Shown: positions 11,378-20,238 of the stretch, piece after piece
Layout of the letters: every line of letters begins with the position of its first letter
Position numbering within the stretch: position 1 is the stretch's first letter
Assembly: GCA_036703295.1 (NCBI GenBank)
Contig: DATNPJ010000034.1
Span: forward strand, 85,482-149,481
Direction of reading: 5' to 3'
Length of the DNA stretch: 64,000 nt
From: Coleofasciculaceae cyanobacterium
GTDB lineage: Bacteria; Cyanobacteriota; Vampirovibrionia; Vampirovibrionales; Vampirovibrionaceae
Translations under genes and position numbers: made by a program
The notes under the pieces: model-generated
Seen by the model: only the letters and a program-made list of their open reading frames with translations
What the model was told of the DNA's origin: nothing
Database searches by the model: none

Positions 11378-12250
11378 TTGACGAACTCCTCCCTACATCA
11401 TGATCACGAGCGTTCCCGGAGACCAATCGGGGTCTTCGATTCCGGCTTGGGTGGCTTGCGGGTTCTGGATCGCCTGATGCAGACGCTACCGGATGAACAT
11501 TTCGTGTATCTCGGTGATACTCAGCACATGCCTTACGGCGAGAAGACGCCGGAGCAACTGGACGAGTATGTTTCCGGCTGCCTGGATTGGCTGTTTACCC
11601 AGTATCAGGTCAAGATGGTGGTGGTGGCCTGTAACACGGCGTCTGCGGCGGCGGCGCATCTGTTTCGTCCGTTACAAGAGGCCGGGGTGCCGATTGTGGA
11701 CCCAGTGACGCCCATTTGTCGTTGGCTGGCCTCCGAACGCCGCTATCATCGGGTGGGCGTGATGGCGACTCGGGCCACGGTGGCGTCCAACCGGTACCGG
11801 GTACTGCTGGACCGTATGGGCGGTGAGGATATCGAGCTGGTCCAGGAGGCATGCGGGAACTTGGCCACCGTGATTGAAGAGGGGCGTGGCGACACGCTGG
11901 AATGCGACGCCATGATTCAGGAGTATCTGAAACCTCTGCTGGCTGCGAATGTGGAGGCCATTATCCTGGGTTGCACGCATTATCCCTATGTCATGGATCA
12001 AATCGCAACCTATGCGCCGGGCGTGGAGATTCTGGATCCGGCCGTGTTTATGGCGCTAGAGGCCAAGCGACTGCTGGCGGAGCAGCAACTGGCAACCCCT
12101 TTGCAAACCACCCGAGAAATTGCGGAAGTGGATTATTTCGTCACCGCCGAGCCGGACAAATTCTACGAAACCAGCCGCCGGATGCCCTTCCAGGCCTTGG
12201 CCATGAAGCAGCCCGTTGTGGTCTCCGTTAAGAGCTGCCTGCCGACTTAA
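11378..12250 (+). CDS. murI: Glutamate racemase.
   Basis: IGVFDSGLGGL and VVACNTASA/GCTHYP motifs are present. The TTG start follows the ORF track and the exact start is uncertain. Confidence 0.85.
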   Translation: MTNSSLHHDHERSRRPIGVFDSGLGGLRVLDRLMQTLPDEHFVYLGDTQHMPYGEKTPEQLDEYVSGCLDWLFTQYQVKMVVVACNTASAAAAHLFRPLQEAGVPIVDPVTPICRWLASERRYHRVGVMATRATVASNRYRVLLDRMGGEDIELVQEACGNLATVIEEGRGDTLECDAMIQEYLKPLLAANVEAIILGCTHYPYVMDQIATYAPGVEILDPAVFMALEAKRLLAEQQLATPLQTTREIAEVDYFVTAEPDKFYETSRRMPFQALAMKQPVVVSVKSCLPT

Positions 12251-12263
12251 GGCCTGCTTGGTT

Positions 12264-12683
12264 TTACAGAACCATCCCCAAACCGGCGGTTTCGCCCGTT
12301 TCTACGGTTTGTTGTTTTAGTGCCTGGGTTTTTTTCAGTAATTGCGCTGCCTGGTTGCGAGCTTGCAGGCGTTCGCTGAGCTGGCGGGAAAGCTGGCTGA
12401 TGGCTTCGTCATGCTCCTGGACGGTATCCATCAGCCGTACGGCCAGGGCTTCGTTCAAATCGACGGACAGACGGCAACCGGCGGCCACTAGAAAACTGCG
12501 CTCATCCAGGGTGTCGGGAGTGGCGGGTGGGCTGAGGCGCACGGCCTGGTGAAATCGATCCAACTCGCCAAGCACCTGGGGTAGGGCATCCAGGCCCAGC
12601 CGGGTCAGAATAGGACGATGCAGCAGGCGGTCAAAGGTGCGAATGGTGCGCCGAAGCCATTCATGATCAGATGTGGTATTCAT
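12264..12683 (-). CDS. Hypothetical protein, last gene of the two-component operon.
   Basis: 139-aa ORF in the same orientation as, and closely following, the hydrolase/HK/RR genes. No recognisable motif. Confidence 0.45.
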   Translation of the reverse strand: MNTTSDHEWLRRTIRTFDRLLHRPILTRLGLDALPQVLGELDRFHQAVRLSPPATPDTLDERSFLVAAGCRLSVDLNEALAVRLMDTVQEHDEAISQLSRQLSERLQARNQAAQLLKKTQALKQQTVETGETAGLGMVL

Positions 12684-12714
12684 ATCCGGCGTATCGGCAA
12701 AACCGCTCGCGGCT

Positions 12715-13824
12715 TTATCCGTTATGTGCAGGATTCTCGGTGTGGGTTGCCGCTGGCTTGGGTGCGCTCTCCGTTGGGCCGGTTTCCGGAGGTGTCATTT
12801 CCGTGGGAGAGGCAGAGGGCTCTGCTGCTTGGCTAGGGCCGGTTGAAGGCATTTTATCCATCATCCAGTCCCGAATCTGCTGGCTGGAGGCGGCGGAGTT
12901 GGTCAGAATGTCGGTGCCCTGGCCGGTTTTATAGACGGACAGGATCTTGGGACCTTCAATCCAGTTATACAGGTGTTGGGCGGTGGTTTTGGCCTCTTCC
13001 TCGTCTTGCCCCACCAGAATGAGCACCGGGTGGCTGTAGCCCATCAGTCCCCGGCTGGCATCAATACCCTTGTATACCAGGCCTGGAGACAGCAGCACCA
13101 AGGCCTGGACATCCGAAGTGTTCTTCTTGGCGGCTGCGGTTGCTACGTTCGCACCCAATTTCTCGCCAATCAGGGCCACGCGATCTCCCGTTACCTCGGG
13201 ATAGTCTTCCTGGGCCTTCTGGAAGTAGGTGATGACCTGGTTGATATCTTGGGGCAGCAGTTGCCATTCTTGCGCCGTCAGCAGACGCCAGTTGGTGCGG
13301 CGGCCTTTGGTGGTGCGCATGCTCTTGCCATGACCTCTAAGATCCACGGCATACACCGCGTATCCGGCTTGCACTAGTTGGGCGGGCAAGTCGTTCCAAG
13401 CCATGTGGCTCCGGTTCAGTCCGTGCAGCAGAATCACCAGCGGGTATTTTGGGCCGGTATACTCCGCCTCCTCTTCGCCGGGGCTGATGGTATCCCCTTC
13501 CCCGTCCATTTTCATCGAGGGATCATATAAGCGGCCATACAGTTCCAGCCGGTCCCGCATGGGGATGATAACCTCCTCGTAAGGCAGGTTGCGCATGGTT
13601 TCCGGCAATAGCTTGGAGAGATCCACCGGCTCGATTTCCACGCCTCCGCCCTCGGTTTCGACAGGTGCTTCCTCCCCTTCGGCGGGAGTTTCTTTGGGTG
13701 GTGGATCCCAGGGCATGGGGGGCAGCTTGAGATCGCAGCCGCTCAGGGCCAGCGAGAGGCTCCCCAGCAGGAGCAGGCTCAGTATTTTGGTTGGAAGATG
13801 GCGGGCCATGGGGATCTCAGTCAT
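12715..13824 (-). CDS. Alpha/beta-hydrolase-fold lipoprotein.
   Basis: A lipoprotein signal with lipobox (LALSGC) is followed by a Pro/Glu-rich linker. The alpha/beta hydrolase core has VILLHGLNRSHMAWN and a nucleophile-elbow-like GEKLG. The start is 5 nt after the HK stop. Confidence 0.7.
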   Translation of the reverse strand: MTEIPMARHLPTKILSLLLLGSLSLALSGCDLKLPPMPWDPPPKETPAEGEEAPVETEGGGVEIEPVDLSKLLPETMRNLPYEEVIIPMRDRLELYGRLYDPSMKMDGEGDTISPGEEEAEYTGPKYPLVILLHGLNRSHMAWNDLPAQLVQAGYAVYAVDLRGHGKSMRTTKGRRTNWRLLTAQEWQLLPQDINQVITYFQKAQEDYPEVTGDRVALIGEKLGANVATAAAKKNTSDVQALVLLSPGLVYKGIDASRGLMGYSHPVLILVGQDEEEAKTTAQHLYNWIEGPKILSVYKTGQGTDILTNSAASSQQIRDWMMDKMPSTGPSQAAEPSASPTEMTPPETGPTESAPKPAATHTENPAHNG

Positions 13825-13828
13825 CGGC

Positions 13829-15184
13829 TCAGTAATCGGATGGGCTTAAGGTTTGCCGGGCGCGGGGGAGCACCAGCGCAAAAATGCTGCCCTTGCCGGG
13901 GGTGCTGGAGAGCAGCTCCACGCTGCCGCCATGGGCTTGCAGGATTTTTCGGCTATGGGCCAGTCCCAGGCCGGTGCCGTTGCCCTTGGTGGAAAAATAA
14001 GGGGTAAATAGCTTTTTCTGGTGGTTCGGATCCACGCCCGAACCCTCATCCGCCACCTTGATATACAACTGCGGATCGTTTTTCCGCCGGGCGATGCTGA
14101 CGGTGACGGCGGCTCCGGCAGGAGAGGCTTCCAGCGCGTTTTTCAACAGGTTAATCAGGGCCTGGCGGATTTTATCGGCATCCAGTTCCAGCGCTTCCTC
14201 ATCGGAAATCTTCGGCATGTTCAGGGCCACGCCTTTTTCATCGTATTTTGGCGCATAAAAGTCGCAGACATCCAGCACCAGTTGGTTGATGTCGGTGGTT
14301 TTCACGTTCAATTGCAGTGGCCGCGAGTAATTGGTCAGTTCAGAAAGAATGGTTTCCAGGCTGCCGGTGGCTTGCCGGATGAGCGACAGGTTCTTCAACA
14401 GCAGATCCCGTTTCTCCCCTTGCGCTGACAAATCCAGCTTGGCCATCTGATCCTCGGTCAGCTTGGCATACAAGTCAATCAGGCCCAGCGGGTTGCGGAT
14501 TTCATGGGCGATGACGGAAGACAATTGCCCGATGGCGGCCAGTCGTTCGGTATCGATGTTGCGCTTGTTCAGGGTTTTAACCTGCTCCAGGGCGACGGTC
14601 AGCTCCCGGTTGCGGTTTTCCAGGCCATGTACCAACGAGGTAATCAGTACGTTCAGCTTGTCGTCGTAGCGGCGGTCCACCTGGGTTTCCGCCAGCAAGT
14701 GTTCCAGGTCCGGCTGGCCTGCTTCGGAGTCGCTCAGGTGGCTGATAATCTGGGTGGCGATGGTGCGGCTGTCGCCCGGATGGAAGGTCCAGCCGCCCTC
14801 ATACAAACGAAAGCTCTCATGGGTGGCCGCTGACCAGAATAATGTGGCACACATCCGGTTGGTCAGCACGATCAGAAAGCCGGTCTGATCACAGATGCCG
14901 CTAGCCGTGGGGAACAGATCCGGTTGGTTGAAACGAAACAGCGGCAGCTCCGGTAAACTGTCCAGCGCGTGAGCCATGGTCTCGAAGGCGGCGTCTTCCA
15001 GGGTGCGGGTCATGACAAAACCCGACATCCGGTGATCGCGCACCATGCGGGTAATGCAGCTGTACAGGCTGAGAAACGTTTCCTTGGAGTACAAACCCGT
15101 GGAAGAGCACAGATGTCCGAACAGGCCATCCAGATGAATATGGTTTGCTCCCGGTTTCGCTTCGCTCACAACTTGCTGCTCCAT
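13829..15184 (-). CDS. Cytoplasmic sensor histidine kinase (GAF/PAS-like sensor + HisKA + HATPase_c).
   Basis: H-box AHEIRNPL, N-box LINLLKNALEA, G1 DEGSGV and G2 GTGLGL are present. There are no transmembrane segments. Confidence 0.85.
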   Translation of the reverse strand: MEQQVVSEAKPGANHIHLDGLFGHLCSSTGLYSKETFLSLYSCITRMVRDHRMSGFVMTRTLEDAAFETMAHALDSLPELPLFRFNQPDLFPTASGICDQTGFLIVLTNRMCATLFWSAATHESFRLYEGGWTFHPGDSRTIATQIISHLSDSEAGQPDLEHLLAETQVDRRYDDKLNVLITSLVHGLENRNRELTVALEQVKTLNKRNIDTERLAAIGQLSSVIAHEIRNPLGLIDLYAKLTEDQMAKLDLSAQGEKRDLLLKNLSLIRQATGSLETILSELTNYSRPLQLNVKTTDINQLVLDVCDFYAPKYDEKGVALNMPKISDEEALELDADKIRQALINLLKNALEASPAGAAVTVSIARRKNDPQLYIKVADEGSGVDPNHQKKLFTPYFSTKGNGTGLGLAHSRKILQAHGGSVELLSSTPGKGSIFALVLPRARQTLSPSDY

Positions 15185-15282
15185 GCCGCCACTCCGTCCG
15201 TTTTGTGCCTGCTACCGGCCCTCACAGGACAAAATCCCCTGAGCCGAAGCCGGGGATTTTGCCGTTGAGTCTATTATACTCG

Positions 15283-15990
15283 TTAGCCCGCGATTTGGGT
15301 CTGGCCGCTCGGTTCGACCAGGCCGTATCTCAGGGCGTACAGGACGGCCTGGGTGCGGTCGTTCACCTGTAGCTTCTGGAAGATATTGTTGACGTGGGTC
15401 TTGACGGTGGTTTCGCTGATGACCAGCTTGTCGGCAACGCCTTTGTAGGTGATGCCCTCGGTCAGCAGCTTGAGAACTTCCTTCTCGCGGCTGGTGAGAT
15501 AGCCCAACAGCGCCTGTTTGGTCGGATCCGGGCGGCTGGTCTTGCCGATGCGAGTTTGGAACTCATCGAAGAACTTAGTGGCCAGGGTCGGCGGCAGGTA
15601 GACTTTGCCGTTCAGGACTTCCTCGACGGCCGCGATCAATTGGGAAGTGACCATGGTTTTGAGAATGTAGCCTTTGGCGCCGCCTTTCATGGCCCGGAAG
15701 ATCAGGTCCGGATCATCATAGCCGGTCAGGGCCAGGATTTTAAGATTGGGGTTGGTGCCCATCAGTTGTTGGATTGCTGCCACACCGTCCACTTCCGGCA
15801 TGTTCATATCCATCAGCACCACATCCACTTTGGCGTCGGACAGGCGCTTGATGGCGTCTTCACCGTTGGTGGCGATGCCCATCACATGATAGTCCGATTG
15901 CAGTTCCAGCAATTGCTTGATGCCGGCACTATGGTTTGCGTTGTCGTCTACGATGAAGACGGTGACTTCCGATTGCATTCTTCTGATCAC
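15283..15990 (-). CDS. NarL/FixJ-family response regulator (REC + LuxR-type HTH).
   Basis: Receiver domain with phospho-acceptor context VVLMDMNMP. The C-terminal LuxR HTH reads EKEVLKLLTEGITYKGVADKLVISETTVKTHVNNIFQKL. Confidence 0.9.
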   Translation of the reverse strand: MIRRMQSEVTVFIVDDNANHSAGIKQLLELQSDYHVMGIATNGEDAIKRLSDAKVDVVLMDMNMPEVDGVAAIQQLMGTNPNLKILALTGYDDPDLIFRAMKGGAKGYILKTMVTSQLIAAVEEVLNGKVYLPPTLATKFFDEFQTRIGKTSRPDPTKQALLGYLTSREKEVLKLLTEGITYKGVADKLVISETTVKTHVNNIFQKLQVNDRTQAVLYALRYGLVEPSGQTQIAG

Positions 15991-16377
15991 TGGTTAAGTC
16001 TCCTACAGCTCTCCTGACACACCACAAGTTTTTTCTGTTTCAGAAATCCACAATTCTGGCCAGGCGAAGGCCTGATTTTCCACGCTTTACCACCGGGAGC
16101 TTTTCCAGCTGAATGCAGGGGCGACGGCCCGTCCGTTCCGCTCTAACGTGCTCCATCTCGTTTTTGCAGCCACTTGTTTTCGTTCTGCCCTTGTATCATA
16201 ACCCGCCGAGCAAACGTACCTCATCATCTGAAGGTTGGATATTGGCTATCCGGAGATCAGTATTTCGGAGGAGCCGTATCGTCCGATGGATGGATATCCG
16301 GGCCTCGCATGCGCCGTCCTGTCCTATAATGGGGGTAGAACATCCGAACGAGAGGCAGCACAGCGGAGGAAAATACG

Positions 16378-16746
16378 GTGATGGCAGAAAAGCAGGTCCG
16401 GCAGGTCCTGAACGTAACCCGGCAGACGCTGGTTGCGCTAGATGTGGAGATGGCCGACAATTATTTCAAGCGGTTGCTGGGTTTAATGGGACGTCCCGGC
16501 CTGGCACCCTCTCAGGGTTTGTGGATCGTGCCCTGCAAAGATATCCACTCCTGCTTTATGCGCTTTGAGTTTGACGCCCTCTTTGTGGACAAATCCATGC
16601 AGGTGGTGCATCTGAAAGAGCGTATGCGGCCCTGGCGGTTTACCAAATTTGTGAAGAACGGTCATGCCGTGCTGGAACTTCCCGCCGGAACCATCGAGTC
16701 GACCGGCACCCAGCTTGGCGATCAACTGGAATTTCGGCAGCCCTAA
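16378..16746 (+). CDS. DUF192-family protein.
   Basis: 122 aa with the conserved DUF192-like core (GLMGRPGLAPSQGLWIVPCKDIHSCFMRFEFDALFVD). A GGAGGA SD lies upstream and a TATAAT sits at ~16326. Confidence 0.7.
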   Translation: MMAEKQVRQVLNVTRQTLVALDVEMADNYFKRLLGLMGRPGLAPSQGLWIVPCKDIHSCFMRFEFDALFVDKSMQVVHLKERMRPWRFTKFVKNGHAVLELPAGTIESTGTQLGDQLEFRQP

Positions 16747-16797
16747 ACCATCAGTCTATCGTTCACCGGTTCTGGCCTGACGAAATCATGGGTTCTC

Positions 16798-17748
16798 TTA
16801 CTGGATACATTCGCCGCCACCGCTGTTGCAAATAGTATTGGCGCTCTGTTGAGTCAGGGTGGCCGCATTGGGGGGAATGCTCCAGGTTTCGGTGAAAAGG
16901 CCGGTTGCGGGATCCACCTGGTAACTAACCGCGCTGGGATCGAAAGCGGCAGCAATCGTTTGAATCTGCTGGGTTTCCAGATCGATGACACTTACAATTT
17001 CAGGTGGCAATGAGTCCGGGTTCCGGGCCAAGTACCCCTGTAAAAGATCATAAGCTGCTTGGAACTCTACGTTTGGCCCGGTAATTTGGTGTATCTGCTC
17101 ATAAGTAGGGACACTGCCTTGCGCAGACGCAACGCAAGAACCTCCCGGAGGGCAGAGATCAACCACTCCTTGCTCGATATTGCCGATGGCATGTCCCAAG
17201 TTTGCAAGTTGGGTAATCAAATTCAGCAGTTCAGGGTCTGCACTTGGCTGGGTTGAGATATGCTGGGCAACCTGACCGATCGTATCTGAAAACTGATGGG
17301 TCATCTGGCCGCCATTGGCGCCGGAGGTGTTGTTGATCGTTCCATTGTTCACGACGGGTATCTGGATGCACCAGCCGCTTTGGAAACAGGCTGTATCAAG
17401 GGCCCCGTTAGGTGTCGTAGCTGGGGCGGTAGGATTTGTAGGTGGGGAAAGTGTTGTTGCGATAGCCTGGGCGCTGGCTACCTGGGAATTCTGAGTCCGC
17501 ATGGATTGCAAAAGGTTTTCCATCATAGAGTCCAGCTTGTTGCTCATCAAGAAGAGAGCGGTAATGGATACCGCGGCAACCAGAGCACCTGCGATCGTAT
17601 ATTCCATCAAGGCAGCGCCGGTCCTTGCATGTCGAGAGTGCTCGGAATTCCAAAGAAAGGGAAGTGTTATCCGGCCTAGCCGTAGCATAGGCCAGGAGGC
17701 CAGCGCTGTTGCAGACCAGGTAGTCCATTTCTTCTGGGGATTAATCAT
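16798..17748 (-). CDS. Large Flp/TadE-type prepilin-like protein (class III signal peptide G/AALMEY).
   Basis: The N-terminus reads ...HARTG|AALMEYTIAGALVAAVSITALFLM. It matches the Flp/Tad prepilin motif G/XXXXEY followed by a hydrophobic helix. An AAAGGA SD precedes M1. Three short Cys loops are present (CFQSGWC, CPPGGSC, CNSGGGEC). The length of 316 aa is unusual for Flp pilins and closer to TadE/TadF pseudopilins. Confidence 0.6.
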   Translation of the reverse strand: MINPQKKWTTWSATALASWPMLRLGRITLPFLWNSEHSRHARTGAALMEYTIAGALVAAVSITALFLMSNKLDSMMENLLQSMRTQNSQVASAQAIATTLSPPTNPTAPATTPNGALDTACFQSGWCIQIPVVNNGTINNTSGANGGQMTHQFSDTIGQVAQHISTQPSADPELLNLITQLANLGHAIGNIEQGVVDLCPPGGSCVASAQGSVPTYEQIHQITGPNVEFQAAYDLLQGYLARNPDSLPPEIVSVIDLETQQIQTIAAAFDPSAVSYQVDPATGLFTETWSIPPNAATLTQQSANTICNSGGGECIQ

Positions 17749-18139
17749 TCACAGTCCTTTATTAAGGGGGTGCGATTATTGGACACATTGGCTTGTGTCG
17801 CCCCATTGCTGTAAATCGTATTTGCGCTTTGCTGGGTGAGAACGACGCCATCCATTCTCCACTGTTGGGTATCGCTTCCCTCCATCGGATCCATCTTGCT
17901 GGACAAATTTGGATTCCCCTGATGAAAAGCTTCCAGACGTTTTAAAGATATCGGAGGATCCCTTGAAAAACTTGAGGGCGATCCAGAGGTTGTGTGGTTT
18001 TCTGTAACATTTAGATACAATTTGTTTAAAGCACCAAAAGCCGGGCATGCGCTTTGGCAGGACTAAACCCCCTGTAGTTGTTGAAGGGCTGCTTTAACGG
18101 GAAAAGTCGCCAATAGCTTGCTGATTCAGGGCACACATG

Positions 18140-18173
18140 GAAAAAACCGGACTTGGCATGCAAGTCCGGTTTG
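18140..18173. terminator. Rho-independent terminator (bidirectional).
   Basis: The element reads AAAAAA-CCGGACTTG-gcatg-CAAGTCCGG-TTTGG. It has a perfect 9-bp stem and serves the minus-strand genes ending at 18184/18350. Confidence 0.75.
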
Positions 18174-18183
18174 GAAGGGGGGA

Positions 18184-18318
18184 TTATTCATTCGGTTTCT
18201 GGTGGGGATGGGACCGGTCGATGCGGCAGTAGCTGAAAGCCGTCGAACGGCTCCCGCCGGTTTTGAAGAGGGCCACTGCCAAGAGGGATGCGGCCATGAG
18301 CAATAATAGTATCAACAC
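18184..18318 (-). CDS. Unannotated 44-aa small membrane peptide.
   Basis: It is absent from the ORF track because it is under 60 aa. The context is AAGGAGACCAGGACC-GTG, a strong SD 8 nt before a GTG start. It encodes VLILLLLMAASLLAVALFKTGGSRSTAFSYCRIDRSHPHQKPNE (one TM helix). It ends with TAA 11 nt before the hairpin terminator. Confidence 0.5.
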   Translation of the reverse strand: MLILLLLMAASLLAVALFKTGGSRSTAFSYCRIDRSHPHQKPNE

Positions 18319-18349
18319 GGTCCTGGTCTCCTTGATGGTGAAGTGAGGT

Positions 18350-18919
18350 TCATTTGGCGAGGCCGCTCAAATCCAGGCTGGGCTGGTTTTGTTCGTCCCA
18401 GAATAGATCCAGGACATGATCCGGCGCACCCTCCTGTTGGTAGGGCTTTCGATGCAGTTGGGTTAGTTTGCGGGCCTCCGGAAGTGTCAGTTGCCCAAAC
18501 TGTTCTTTCAACTTCAGGTGGGTAATTTCCACCACGTCCGGGCAATCATGATAGGTGATGAGGTATTCCAGTTCGCTTTTTTCCATTCGGGTCAGTTTTT
18601 GGCTGGCGTGTTTGCGCAGCAGATAGGCAATTTCCCACACGGCTTTGCTGTTGCCGTACTGGACCAGCGCCTCCAACTCCGCCAGGTTCTGGCGAAACTT
18701 TTTGGAGAACCGCAGCAGGAACATGCCCCAGCGGCTGGGCTGCGCCATTTTGGCGGTGAGGATGCGAATGCGCTGCGCGACGGCAGGCGCTTTGTCCTGA
18801 TGCGCCGAAAGCGCCCGCAATTCGGCCCGCTCCGCTTTGCTCAAATCGTCTTTCCCGGCTTTATCACTCAGTTCTCGTACTCTTTTATCCAATAACAGTG
18901 AAAAAACTTCCTCAATCAT
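18350..18919 (-). CDS. Hypothetical protein (189 aa).
   Basis: Clean ORF with an AT-rich promoter-like region upstream (19000-19200). No recognisable motif. Confidence 0.5.
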   Translation of the reverse strand: MIEEVFSLLLDKRVRELSDKAGKDDLSKAERAELRALSAHQDKAPAVAQRIRILTAKMAQPSRWGMFLLRFSKKFRQNLAELEALVQYGNSKAVWEIAYLLRKHASQKLTRMEKSELEYLITYHDCPDVVEITHLKLKEQFGQLTLPEARKLTQLHRKPYQQEGAPDHVLDLFWDEQNQPSLDLSGLAK

Positions 18920-19215
18920 GAATCAACCTCCCCGGTTGGTTTCCCGTCTCCCAAGAATGTTTTTTATTCCCTGTACTACCCGGCACACACCTGTTGGATA
19001 TTACCAGGTTCGATAATAGATCATAGACAGTTGTCTAATATGAAAGTTCCACAAATTTTAAAAAATAAACAAAAGGGATGAGCTTATATAGCGCTGCTTT
19101 TATGGCTTCCTGTCTGCTGATAGGGGCGTTGGGAGGGGGGGGGTAGATTTCTGATTTTTCAAAGCGAATTTCAGGGGATTCCCCATCCGGGTTGCCTGAT
19201 TGGAGGGGGACAGCT

Positions 19216-20094
19216 CTAGGGTTTGGTGGACTCACACACGGTTTTGGCCTCGTTCCACAGGTCATCCCAGCCCTGAAAGTCCAGGGATTCCAGGGGCTTA
19301 TTGGGGCCAAATCGCTCCCTGGCCAGCTTTTCCATGGTCTGAAAACGGCGGGTGAACTTGGTTGTGGCCCTGGTGAGCGCGATTTCCGGATCAATCTTGA
19401 AATGCCGGGCCAGGTTGACACTGGCAAAAAAGATATCGCCCATCTCGGATTCCAGTCGGTCGAACACGGCCGGCGGCATGTCCCGCCCCTCCGGGATGGT
19501 CCCGATTTCATCCCGCAGCTCCTCGAACTCGCTCATCACGCAATCCCAAAGCGATTCCAGGTTCGGCCACTCGAAGCCCACTTTCACGGCGCGCTTGCTG
19601 GTTTCCAGCGCACGGCTGAGCGCTGGCTGGTTTTTGGAAACACCCTCCAAAATGCTTTTGGAGGGCTCCTGTTCGCCTTTTTCGAGGCGCTTGATGGCTT
19701 CCCAGTTGGTCACGACCGCTTCCGCCCCCGCAACTTCCACGTCGGCAAAGACATGGGGATGGCGGCGGATGAGTTTTTCGGCAATCGTTTCGCACACATC
19801 CTCAAAATCAAAATGCCCGGCATCTTTGGCCAGTTGGGCATGCAGAACCACTTGCAGCAGCACGTCCCCCAGCTCATCCTGTAGAATGGCCGGATTTTGT
19901 TGCGCTTCAGCCTCGTCGACGGCTTCCACGGCCTCATAGGCCTCTTCCAGCATGTAGGGTTTCAGTGAGTGATGAGTCTGCTTGAGATCCCAGGGGCAGC
20001 CTTCGGTGGGATGCCGCAGTTGGGCGACCACCCGCACCAGCTTCTCGATGCCCTGAGTCTTTTCCAGTTGGGCCATAAAGGCGTCCTTGCGCAT
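19216..20094 (-). CDS. mazG: Nucleoside triphosphate pyrophosphohydrolase MazG.
   Basis: Tandem MazG domains with EExxE/D metal-binding motifs (EEAYEAVEAVDE, ELGDVLLQVVLHA; second domain EEFEELRDE, EMGDIFFASVNLA). The start was chosen at the ATG preceded by a GGAAGGA SD; the ORF track extends further. Confidence 0.85.
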   Translation of the reverse strand: MRKDAFMAQLEKTQGIEKLVRVVAQLRHPTEGCPWDLKQTHHSLKPYMLEEAYEAVEAVDEAEAQQNPAILQDELGDVLLQVVLHAQLAKDAGHFDFEDVCETIAEKLIRRHPHVFADVEVAGAEAVVTNWEAIKRLEKGEQEPSKSILEGVSKNQPALSRALETSKRAVKVGFEWPNLESLWDCVMSEFEELRDEIGTIPEGRDMPPAVFDRLESEMGDIFFASVNLARHFKIDPEIALTRATTKFTRRFQTMEKLARERFGPNKPLESLDFQGWDDLWNEAKTVCESTKP

Positions 20095-20175
20095 GCGGAG
20101 TCCTTCCATTCCCTCTGTTTGCTTTCGTGTTTGCCTGCTCTTGCTGCCAATTTTCGCCAGATCACGCCGGATTGG

Positions 20176-20204
20176 TTGGATGGGGTTTTTGCCCACGTTA
20201 TAAT
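20176..20204 (+). promoter_or_regulatory. Sigma70-type promoter for nrnA.
   Basis: TTGGAT-17 nt-TATAAT has the exact consensus -10 with ideal spacing. An AAGGAG SD lies ~22 nt downstream. Confidence 0.55.
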
Positions 20205-20238
20205 ATTGGCCAAGATAGCATTTTCAAGGAGTCTTGTC

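Noticed and set aside
16113-16568. 151-aa plus-strand ORF overlapping the DUF192 gene start and the RR-DUF192 intergenic region.
   Set aside because: It is in a different frame from the well-supported DUF192 gene, which has a GGAGGA SD. It has Arg/Ser-rich junk composition and is probably non-coding.
19035-19884. ORFs 19035..19511 (-), 19192..19884 (+) and 19352..19939 (+) around the mazG region.
   Set aside because: They overlap mazG or its AT-rich upstream promoter region and have repetitive Pro/Arg/Gly composition. The mazG motifs are unambiguous on the minus strand.
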